A stretch of DNA of 64,000 nucleotides, taken from assembly GCF_035084215.1 (NCBI RefSeq), contig NC_090335.1, positions 48,112,001 through 48,176,000 of the forward strand. The letters are read 5' to 3'. This DNA comes from Heptranchias perlo. Lineage: Eukaryota. The position numbers and the translations under genes were made by a program. Below are positions 36,701 through 46,904 of this stretch, piece by piece; position 1 is the stretch's first letter, and each line of letters starts with the position of its first letter. The notes under the pieces are model-generated. The model searched no databases and was not told where the DNA came from. It worked only from the letters and a program-made list of their open reading frames with translations.

Positions 36701-39700
36701 TATTTTAACACAGCTAAATATAAATATATTCACATTCAACTATCCTAACATAGCTTTCATGTGTAAATGATGAAGCCTCAAATGTAAGTAAGTTAAAAAT
36801 GGGAATAGTGATACTCACTAGTTATTGACTCTTTTTACTGTTGCTTCTCACTACATACACCACAATACTATAAGTTACCCTAAGGCATTTATGATATTCA
36901 TGATATTCATTTAGATTCATCGATCCATGACAAAAATGTAGATGGTCAAATAATGGGAACATTGGTGAATGCATCAGTAAATGAAGTAAGTATATTGTTT
37001 GATATTTTTCCTACACTGTATGCATCTGCACTGTGCTGAACTGACCGTGCATTATAAAGCAATGTCAACTTACTTAAATAAATTGGCAGCACTCTTGGAC
37101 ATGATGCACTGGGAACACAAAGGGGCCAGAATATCTGGCGCCAGTGGGGTGGATTTTTTTTTACCACCTGGGTGTTAAGCATTGCCTGGGCGGAGCGCAG
37201 CGAGAAAAATTGGGTGGGGAGGATCACATCACTGTTATGGGGCCTGCCCAACTTTCCTTCCAGCATTAATTGGTACTAGCATGGAGTTTGCAAAATCTTT
37301 CTGCAAAATCCATTCCAACTTCTTCTATGTACTCAGGGCCCACAGTCTCAAGGGTCAGCTTCTCCTGGTGCCTTAGGGGTTTGATATTCAGATGGGCTCC
37401 AACAGTTTTGTGCCATTTCCTTCTCTTAGGGGCTCCTTTTTCCTGTAAGCAGGTATAAAATGATGAAGTGTAGGGAGTCTGAAAAGTGCACATATTGCCA
37501 CAGTACATCCAAACTTATACACAACTCAATGAGCTAGCAGCATTCACATAGATGATAATGGAAGCTACAATGGTGGGCATAGTTATTCTGATGAGTGAGC
37601 ATCATAAGTTTTCCTTGGAAGCAGGCATGTTAATGTGTGAAAGAAGCTGAAGAATGGCACGTGTCCACATTCCAGATGCAGCTGGTTAAGATAAAAGTCT
37701 TTGTTCCAGGTATGCTGTACCCATACACTTGATGTAGGTAAATGCAGCAACTCTTACCTTGGCAAACTTCCTCCAGGTGGATTTTTTTTTCATCTGGACA
37801 GGAGACCTGGACCTATACATTGGGAGGGTTGCATTAAATCATTGTGACCTCATGCCAGGCAAACCAGACAGCTATGCTTTGTACACCTCTGTCCCAAGAA
37901 GAGCAGTCCCTTTTTGTTGCACCTCTTCCTGAAAAGCTCTACAAGGCTGAGTCAAAAAAGTTGGTTGTCATTTCACTTGGCCCAGGCCTGCTTCCATCTT
38001 AAGCCTTCTTTGACTTGATTTCAACAAGTTTCACCTGCCAAAAATAACCTATGCTGAATGCCGCAGAACTCCTTTAAATAATGTTGGCAGCACTTCTTAT
38101 GAATTGTTGCTATGCTGGGTATACCGTTCACACCATTAGCTTGCTCGCTGCACAGGGATCAATGAATAATTATGTGAATAAGCAGTCTCTGAATGTCGCA
38201 GAAGGTCTACTCCATGTTCCTTCATTGCGAGCTGTGCTTACAGCATCCAGTCTGGGCTGCAATTAGCTCAGACAGGAAAATCTACCCTTAAGTTACAAGC
38301 TATCCAGGGCAAGGTTGTCCAAGGATTACTGACATTAGCAATATAGGTCAGACTTGGGAACTTTAATACACTTTGTTTGTAAATTCTCCAAATTGAAGAA
38401 GTTTTGGGACCAATGCTGAAGCAACACGTAAGTCTACCGGCCTTGCTACGATAATCTAGGGAAATACTAAAGGTGGATGGGGAAGGGTGCTATTTCTCTA
38501 GAACTACCATTTATTTAGTTCTAACACTTTTGGCCCTTAGTTAGAAGATGATAGCATTGTAAAGGTTGCAAGCCAAAACCAACTGAGGAATATTCTTTGA
38601 AATAATAATAATCAACTATGAAAGCGATGATACTAGGATTTTGCATTGGATCTCAGTCTTGTTAGCTAATTGTTCCAGGATGTAAAATGATGAATTGCAA
38701 TCCCCCAAAAAATCTTTGTTTTTTTATTTGGCTACCCCACCTGGTTCAGATGAATGACAATAATAGTGTCATTGGATCTTCCCTTGCCACAATGGCGTAT
38801 GTGGCTTATGTAATTCACATTTAATGGACTATTTTATTTTAAACTATTGCTGAAGTTTAACTATTAATGAATCCCTCTTTGAAGTTCTGTCATTTTTTAA
38901 TCAGTTTTCGCTCTTCTACTCCTGAAAGCATTTACTCGCACTGGAGTATGGCACAGCAGCTGTCACATAATTTGTCCAGATGGCTTTTCTTCATGTGTTT
39001 AGTCCAGGCAGTGAACATTAGCAGGTTGTTTGACCATAGGGGTAACATGGGCAAGTCCAATCATGTGCACATGCACACACACTTTCCAGCAGGAGTCACT
39101 GGGAAGCATTCAGGAGTACAAACCTTTTTCTATTCCTAGAACAATAGCACTCAGGCCAACTGTACTGTACTAGCTGTTGCCGGATTGAGATCAGGGAATC
39201 AAAACTGAAATCTTCTGGTCTGTATGGATTAATAAATAGTGGGTGAGGCTTAACCCACTAGTCCATCACTAAATATACTGCAGCAGAGAGGGATTGGGGT
39301 TGATTGTTGTCTCTGGCACATATCGGGTGGGTGGTGAATGGGGTGTCTGCTCCGCCCACCCAATCACATCGGCGGAGACCGGATCGATTTTAGCGGCCGG
39401 GTCTCACTTAAATACAACAGGTGAGCTGTCAGCTCTAATTACGCTACTTATAGGGAGCTTGCTGTTTGGGTGGGCCGGAAATCTATCGGGCTGGCCACCA
39501 TTTAAAGACATCCTGCATTCTTGAAAGGCAAGGTTCACTTTTCAAAGATGGTCTGTAGACAGTGCATTATTGAGGCAGCAGGCAGCATGATATTGGACAG
39601 GGCCCCCCAATTCTCCAATACAGCTGTGCAAGTCCAAATGAGGAATAGGAAGGAGGTCGTTTTTACCAGCGAAGGGTGCCAAGTGCCCTGGCAAATTAGC

Positions 39701-40291
39701 CAGCAGCAGTGGAGAGAGCTGGCTGGGCATATAAATCGTTGATTTCAGTGGAATGAAAATCAGACAGGGTCTCTAAAGGGTATGTGATCCACCCGGTCAG
39801 AGTACTGCCCAGGCAGTGAAGACAAAAATCTACAGTTTAAGTTGCTTCCCATTGGATGTTTGCTGTTGGAGTTGGATTATTGCCATTTCCATGTAGCACA
39901 ACTGGAAGACAACATTTATGTTAATTAAGGTCATGCCAAAAAATGGTATAATGAGAAAATGTGCCGTGTTTTTAATGATATCAGCATGTATGTTCTTGTT
40001 GTTTATTGTTACTTTATTACTATGTTACAGGGTAATGTTTCTGCCAGCAATGAATCTCTGCATTATGCATTTGTTCAATTCAATCATCCTCTAAAAAGGA
40101 AGCAAAAACAGGAATTGAAAAGACCACAGCAGGACCAGGCAACTGAATATGCTGTTTTAAAGGTCAAAGATAAAAATAATCCATTCTATGAAGAATCGGT
40201 ACATTACTCCACAGTCGGCATTTGTCCCACATCAAAGAGAACACAAACTGCTAACTACAATGCAACCATATATGTTTCGCTTAAGCACTAA
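30719..40291 (+). CDS. Gene 2 (spliced): non-rearranging VJ-C1 type I membrane inhibitory receptor (PRARP/VJC1/SIRP/NKp30-like architecture); exons 30719-30767, 30860-31195, 32086-32385, 36340-36447, 36915-36985, 40031-40291; 374 aa
   Basis: Six exons with GT-AG introns of phase 1,1,1,1,0 join into an open 1125-nt CDS: leader, V with J-like end, C1 domain, TM, and a cytoplasmic tail with four tyrosine inhibitory-type motifs. Confidence 0.85.
30860..31195 (+). CDS. Gene 2 VJ-type IgV exon (GPAVGLRVIQSPSVLSLLRGQTARINC...YYWYR...DSDTYHCLVLKETPRPGRTLTGEETELNIQ)
   Basis: Acceptor cccag|, donor G|gtaat; Ig/TCR-like V.QSP start, C, WYR, D..TY.C, and a J-like G strand TGEETELNI in the same exon; overlaps ORF 30880..31239. 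Confidence 0.93.
31203..31457. mobile_element. Penelope-derived inverted-repeat element with a hammerhead-like motif (31270-31306, - strand)
   Basis: Imperfect inverted arms; the - strand reads AGUU-CUGAUGA-AU-GGUC-AUC-GACC-U-GAAAC-GUU-AACU. Confidence 0.7.
32086..32385 (+). CDS. Gene 2 C1-set exon (AEPQVYL...TLICVAVGFFPRDLNISW...NSDGTYNLSSRL...W...TCQVQH...)
   Basis: Acceptor tttttag|, donor G|gtaagt, 300 nt; C1 hallmarks P.VY, C...GFFP..L.I.W, N.DGTY, C.V.H; overlaps ORF 32154..32456. Confidence 0.93.
36340..36447 (+). CDS. Gene 2 transmembrane exon (GFPKYYYYFSLLSLILVAPFCLWIIKSQCNKLKNGK)
   Basis: Acceptor ttttgaag|, donor G|gtaatc, phase 1-1, 108 nt; about 21 uncharged hydrophobic residues followed by basic residues. 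Absent from the ORF track. Confidence 0.8.
36915..36985 (+). CDS. Gene 2 short cytoplasmic exon (DSSIHDKNVDGQIMGTLVNASVNE)
   Basis: Acceptor atttag|, strong donor GAA|gtaagt; its 71 nt convert phase 1 to the phase 0 required by the last exon. Confidence 0.72.
38930..39268 (-). mobile_element. Old tRNA-head SINE, possibly DeuSINE-type
   Basis: Degenerate tRNA-like head at the right end on the - strand; body recalled as Deu-domain-like; unverified. Confidence 0.4.
39290..39830 (+). mobile_element. Harbinger-derived remnant with Myb/SANT-like fragment
   Basis: RAPQFSNTAVQV...RKEVVF...QQWRELAGHIN in ORF 39521..39742. Confidence 0.55.
40031..40291 (+). CDS. Gene 2 terminal cytoplasmic exon with LHYAFV, TEYAVL, VHYSTV and TIYVSL motifs
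   Basis: Acceptor tgttacag|; open to TAA at 40291 (ORF 39959..40291); two ITIMs and two TxYxxL ITSM-like motifs. Confidence 0.87.
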   Translation, partial: GNVSASNESLHYAFVQFNHPLKRKQKQELKRPQQDQATEYAVLKVKDKNNPFYEESVHYSTVGICPTSKRTQTANYNATIYVSLKH

Positions 40292-40566
40292 ACATTTATT
40301 ATACCTATTTACGTGGCCTTTAACTCTGATTTTACAACAAATGTAATATATGGAAGAACGGCGTTGCAGCTACAAATAGATTAACAAATGTATTATTAAA
40401 GTAGCTCCAATGTTTCAAAATGGACTTTTGACAGTCATTGTTCCTTTAAACGGAAATCAAGAAGTATTGAACTTTTAAATGCTTAGGGTGCAAAGTGATG
40501 TTTACTAGATTCATTGTACATTTATATGCTTAATTTACTACTTCTTAAAATGATCTAAATTCTACT

Positions 40567-40572
40567 AATAAA
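40567..40572 (+). promoter_or_regulatory. Candidate polyadenylation signal of gene 2
   Basis: AATAAA about 275 nt after the stop, followed by T-rich sequence. Confidence 0.45.
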
Positions 40573-41477
40573 TAGCTTAATGATTTTATAATGTTGATTA
40601 CATTTTCCTCCGTTTTTTTTTGATTAACTGAATGTGTATTTTTCTTATCTTAGCTATGATCAAAAATAACGTTTTTTTTAAATTGCATTTTCTGTCAAAG
40701 TAATTGACGTCTCAAATCAGACGGTGGGGGCGATTTTCATCTCTCTACCACCCCATTTGCACTCATGTGGCAGTAGTAGGCAGAAAGTAAATTGCTGTTC
40801 TTTTCGCCCACTTATGGCTGCTTTCATAGCTGGTCAGATTTGAGGGCACATCAAATCTGATGGCCAGACTTCCAACTGAAACAGGTGGAAACCTCATGAA
40901 TAAATTCAAATTGGGGTCAATTGACAACGCCGACCCCAATTTTGCAACCTCATTGTCTGACTGCCGCCACTTCCTGCTCACCAACCATGTGCATCAATTT
41001 TAAATGCTATTTGAAAGGATCCTCATCTGCTCTCGAGTAAAGCTGTACAGAGCATTTGGAGATAGCATTATTGTAGTAGATTCTGGATTTTATTTGACCT
41101 TGAAGGATTCAAAAGTGCTTGCAGATGCTAATATAAGCTGTTAGTTACAGACAATATTTGCAAGTGGGTGGAATTTTGGCAGATAAAATTCGATGGAGAT
41201 AAATGGAAAGTCTTACACACCGGAAGAAAAATTGGGGGATACACTTAATGAACGGTATTGAACTAGCTAAAAGAGATCTGGAAATGAGTCTCAACGCTGG
41301 CCTTGTCGTCATTGCAGAGCAGCAATTAACAAAGCAAACAGGATGCTGAGCCATATTGCTAAGTCAGAAGGGTATACATCTATAGTTGAGGTTTTCATGC
41401 TTAAGCTGTATAGAGTTCTGCTCAATGGCTGCACCTCAAACACTGCATTCAGTTATGGTCAATAAGCAAAAGGCTAA

Positions 41478-43410
41478 CACTAGTTAGGCCACAGCTTGAG
41501 TACTGCTTACAGTTCTGGTCACCACATTACAGGAAAGATATGACTGCACTAGAAGGCACAGAGGAGATTTCTGAGGATGTTGCCAGGACTGGAGAATTTT
41601 AGCTATGAGAAAAGATTGGATAGGCTGGAGTTTTTTTCTTTGGAACAGAGGAGGCTGAGGGGAGATTTAATTGAGGTGTATAAAATTATGAGGGGCCTAG
41701 ATAGAATGGATAGGAAGGACCTATTTCCCTTAGCAGAGGGGTGAATAACCGGGGGGCATAGATTTAAAGCAATTGGTAGAAGGATTAGGGGGGAGCGGAG
41801 GAAATTTAGGATAGTAAGGGTCTGGAACTCACTGCCTGAAAGGGTGGTACAGGCAGATACCCTCAGTGCATTTAAAAAAGGTGCTTGGATGTGCACTTGA
41901 AGTGCCGTAACTTACAAGTCTACGGACCAAGAGCTGGGATTTTTTTATTCGTTCATGGGACGTGGGCGTCACTGGCAAGGCCAGCATTTATTGCCCATCC
42001 CTAATTGCCCTTGAGAAGGTGGTGGTGAGCTGCCTTCTTGAACCGCTGCAGTCTGTGTGGTGAAGGTTCTCTCACAGTGCTGTTAGGTCGGGAGTTCCAG
42101 GATTTTGATCCAGCGACGATGAAGGAATGGCGATATATTTCCAAGTCGGGATGGTGTGTGACTTGGAGGGGAACGTGCAGGTGGTGTTGTTCCCATGTGC
42201 CTGCTGCCCATGTCCTTCTAGGTGGTTGAGATCGTGGGTTGGGAGGTGCTGTTGAAGAAGCCTTGGCGAGTTGCTGCAGTGTATCCTGTGGATGGTACAC
42301 ACTGCAGCCACAGTGCGCCGGTGGTGCAGGGAGTGAATGTTTAGGGTGGTGGATGGGGTGCCAATCAAGCGGGCTGCTTTAACCTGGATGGTGTCGAGCT
42401 TCTTGAGTGTTGTTGGAGCTGCACTCATCCAGGCAAGTGGAGAGTGTTCCATCACACTCCTGACTTGTGCCTTGTAGATGGTGGAAAGGCTTTGGGGAGT
42501 CAGGAGGTGAGTCACTCACCACAGAATACCAAGTCTCTGACCTGCTCTTGTAGCCACAGTATTTATGTGGCTGGTCCAGTTAAGTTTCTGGTCAATGGTG
42601 ACCCCCAGGATGTTGATGGTGGGGAATTCGGCAATGGTAATGCCGTTGAATGGCAAGGGGAGCTGGTTAGACTTTCTCTTGTTGGACATGGTCATTGCCT
42701 GGCACTTGTCTGGAGCGAATGTTAATTGTTACTTATCAGCCCAAGCCTGGATGTTGTCCAGGTCTTGCTGCACGCGGGCACGGACTGCTTCATTATCTGA
42801 GGGGTTGCGAATGGAACTGAACACACTGCAATCATCAGCGAACATCTCCATTTCTGATGTTATGATGGAGGGAAGGTCATTGATGAAGCAGCTGAAGATG
42901 GCTGGGCCTAGGACACTGCCCTGAGGAACTCCTGCTGCAATGTCCTGGGGCTGAGATGATTGGCCTCCAACAACCACTACTATCTTCCTTTGCGCTAAGT
43001 ACGACTCCAGCCACTGGAGAGCTTTCCCCCTGATTCCCATTGACTTCAGTTTTACTAGGGCTCCTTGGTGCCTCAATCGGTCAAATGCTACCTTGATGTC
43101 AAGGGCAGTCACTCTCACCTCACCTCTGGAATTCAGCTCTTTTGTCCATGTTTGGACCAAGGCTGTAATGAGGTCTGGAGCAGAGTGGTCCTGGTGGAAC
43201 CCAAACTGAGCATCAGTGAGCAGGTTCTTGGTGAGTAAGTGCTGCTCAATAGCACTGTCGACGACACCTTCCATCACTTTGCTGATGATTGAGAGTAGAC
43301 TGATGGAGCAGTAATTGGCCGGATTAGGCTGAATAGTTCTTTTTCGGCCGGCACAGACATAATGGGCCAAATGGCCTTCTTCTGTGCCGTAAATTTCTAT
43401 GATTCTATGA
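41478..43410. mobile_element. CR1 3' fragment (+) split by a family-B LINE (-, about 41940-43322)
   Basis: CR1 stops at gagctggga and resumes at ggattaggctg through to its TTCTATGA tail; the insert carries RT ORFs 42729..43514 and 42072..42515. Confidence 0.9.
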
Positions 43411-44032
43411 ATTAAGTCCTGGGACAGGACAATACAACTCCTTATAAGTTTACTGCTGCTGGGATTTAAAATGCTGCAGCTATTTAAAGGGGCACATATG
43501 TTTTTGATGTGCAAAAAACTGGAGTTGCTAATATGCCAGAGAGAGCAGCAGCCTTGAGGGTGTCAGTAGGGCAGGGAGCTCCATAAGAGGCTGTCTCAGG
43601 GAGTATGGAGGGAGGTTATGGTGGCAGTCAGTGCAACCTCCACCACCCCAAGAACTATCATACCATGCAGAAAGAGATTCAATCACCTCATAAGATAAGT
43701 GAGGTAAGTCAAAGGTACTGCTCCAAATACCACCAATACTCACCTTCTTACCTGTCATACTACTTCTCTTTCAGCACCTGGTTGTCAGGGATACTAACAT
43801 ATGATAGGCCAACCTCTGCAAGCACTCAAGCACAATCTTAACTCAAAACCACTTTGTCAAAGCACATTATCTGCCACAAGAATTACTTCTAGTCTTCAAG
43901 ACTACATAGAATTGCATGGAAATTACAATATGGAAACTGGCCATTCAGCCCAACCAATTTATGTTGACACAAGCTGCAATCTTAATCCCATGTGCCCAAT
44001 TTGCTCCCTTATTTATTTTCCCCTTTCCTCAA

Positions 44033-45010
44033 CTGGGAAGTGGTGTTCCACAAGGATCGGTGCTGGGACCACTGTTGTTCACCACTTGCATAAATGATTT
44101 GGACTCGGGAATCGGAAATCGGAAGTACAATTTCAAAATTTGTGGACGACACCAAATTAGGTGGGTATAGTTAGAACAGAGGAGGACTGCGACAAAATAC
44201 AGGAACACACTAATAAACTTGCAGAATGGGTATATAATTGGCAAATTAATTTCAATAGATAAGTGTGAGGCATTGCATTTTGGTAAGATGAATAAGGGGA
44301 CCACACACTGCTTGGATAATAAGAGTCTAAATGGAGTAGAGGAGCAAAGGGATACACAAATCACAAAGTAGTAACGCAGGTTAATAAGGCCATAAAAAAA
44401 AGCACACCAAGCACCTGGGTTCATTTCTAGATGGATATAAATGAAAAGCAGAGAAGTTATATTAAACTTGTATAGAACCTTGGTTAGATCACACTTGGAG
44501 TACTGTGAACAGTTCTGGTCTCCATATTATAAAAAGGATATAGTGGCATTGGAGAAGGTGCAAAAAAGATTTACTAGGATGATAACAGACCTGAGAGGTT
44601 ATACCTATCAGGAAAGATTGAGCAGGCTGGGACTCTTCTCCGGAAAAGAGACTGAGGGGTGACTTGATAGAGGTCTTTAAGATTATGAAAGAGTTTGATA
44701 GGGTTGACGTAGAGCAGATGTTTCCACTTGCGGGGATGACCAGAACTAGGGGCCATAAATGTAAGATAGTCACTAATAAATACAATAGGAAATTCATGAG
44801 AAACTTCTTTGCCCAAAGAGTGGTTAGAATGTGAAACACATTAGCACAAGGAGTAGTTGAGGCGACTAGCATAGATGTGTTTAAGGGGAAGCTAGATAAA
44901 CACACGAGGGAGAAAGGAACAGAAGGATATACTGATAGGGTTAGATGAAGTCGGGAAGGAGGACGCTCATGGAGCATAAACACCAGCATGGACTTGTTGG
45001 TAAATCTATG
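44033..45010 (+). mobile_element. CR1 LINE 3' fragment (same subfamily as 11650-13830)
   Basis: GVPQGSVLGP through ORF2 C-terminus and 3' UTR. Confidence 0.88.
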
Positions 45011-46503
45011 TAACTACCTATTAAAAGTTGACAAGATCTCTGCTTCAATCATTAACACCAGAAGTGCATTCCACAGTCTCACAACCCTCTGTAAAAAAAA
45101 GTTGATTCTATGTGTCACCTTTTTTGACCATTCTACGATCTAACTCAACATTCTCTTGCAGCTTCCTTCCAGAATTATTTGCTATGCTTCCAATTTTAGT
45201 ATTGTCTGCAATTTGGATGCCACTCCCTCTAGTCCTACAGCCAAATCATTGATGTACAGTGAACAGAAGCAGTCCCAGAACAGAACCTTGTGGGACACCG
45301 CTACCCACTTCCAAGCACTCAGAGAAACTGACCTTAACTCGTACTCTCTATTTCCTCACTTGTAACCAGTTTTTAAATCCAATTTTCTATTTTTACCCTA
45401 ATTTCATACCCCTTAATCTTCTCCAAAGATTTTCTTTGAGGTGCCTTGTCAAAGACTTTCTGAAAGTCCATATACTCACCCAAATGTCAACCCATACTGC
45501 TTTTCTTAAAAGACGATTTACTAACTTTACTACTCCTACAAGGTGTTCCCTCAATGGCTTCAGCAAAGCTGGTGGAAGGTTGCTGTTGTTCATGTTGGAA
45601 CCCTTGAGTTGCTTGTGGCTGTTGACTTCTGGGTCTTTGAGACTCTGGCTCCAGACTACAGCTCTTCAGCTGCTCGGGCAATCTGGTTCAGTTGGCTTTC
45701 ATGGTACCATGGTACGTATCAGATGAGGGGGTGTAATGGGAGCAGATGTGATAACATCCTGAGGGGGCAACATATGTCTCTAACATTGCACCACTGCCAC
45801 CTCCATGGGCCTGCAGCTAATCAGTCCCACCAATCTATGGGTGAGCAGACTCCAGGAGATGAGTGACACCACCAGTCTCTCCAAGATGGAGACCAGAGTC
45901 TGAATGGCAGATGTTTGGGCTTCCACCAAAGCTGCAAAGGCTGGTAACAGACTCCTGTTGTGAGGGCCCAGCTGCAGCATTCCTGAAGGTGGACTGCAGA
46001 GTGCAATTGCCTTGTGAGATGACAACACACAAGCTAGAAATAGACTTCTCCATACTTTCAGCTATGCAGCCCTTCCAATGCCTTGTATAACTGCTTGTAA
46101 GAGGCAAGCAGTTTTCTTTTCATAGCTGGGCCTCTGAAGTCTGCATATCTATCCTGCTGAGCAGAGTTGGCAGAGGACCTCACCCTCTGGTGCCACTGCT
46201 ACATGCTTCTGCTCACTCCTGCAGGACCCTCGAACTCACTCTCTAACCCAGTGGGGGTGCCAATCTCTCTGCTGATGCTTGGGAAGGCTGGAGCATGTGA
46301 CAGTGCCTCCTCAGAAGGATTGTCCTCCTCCAAGGTTGCTTCTTCAGGAGGTTCTTGTTGTTGAGAAGGACCTAAAGGAAAGAGAAAAAGGGCAAGAGTT
46401 AGCATGACACCAACTGGCTGGACTGTAGTAGGTATTGTTGTCAAGTTGGCTGAAAGTATATTTTTCCTGAGATACATGAAGGGGTATAAGTAATAGTCAG
46501 AGA

Positions 46504-46709
46504 TGTTATAAATGAACTACCACATGGTGAAGAATAGAATACTAGAGCCTGGTCTTTAATTCTTTCCAAGCTTTTATTCATAGAGAATCCCCTTACACAC
46601 ACCACACCCTAGATAAGCTCTCCTATAAAAAGGATACAAGACATTGCCCAATTGATACCCACCACCGGAATACAATTAACACTCATTGATATAAATCATA
46701 CAATTAACA
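46504..46709 (-). mobile_element. 206-bp solo LTR
   Basis: TGTTA...TAACA termini, 5-bp TSD AGAGA (46499-46503 and 46710-46714), internal - strand AATAAA. Confidence 0.78.
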
Positions 46710-46904
46710 AGAGACTGTGTTCAAATAAGCCCCCAGCCTCAAAAGTTCCAATACAGATAGATCTCCATAGGGGCCACTGCTGCTCCAGCTCTAGCAGGAT
46801 GGGTGTTCCTCCATTGGTTTTCCTCCTTTCCCTGATGTGTGTTGTGTTCTCCTGCAGGAAGAGTAGGCAAGAATTTGAGAGTGTATACTGAAAAGTTACA
46901 TTAT

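Noticed and set aside
38905-38948. Alternative phase-1-to-0 cytoplasmic exon of gene 2 (VFALLLLKAFTRTG)
   Set aside because: Weak donor and overlaps the end of a probable SINE; 36915-36985 has a much stronger donor.
30719-40291. Naming gene 2 NCR3/NKp30, PDCD1 or SIRPA
   Set aside because: NKp30 has a charged TM and no C1 domain, PD-1 has no C1 domain, and SIRP-alpha has two C1 domains; orthology cannot be set without phylogeny.
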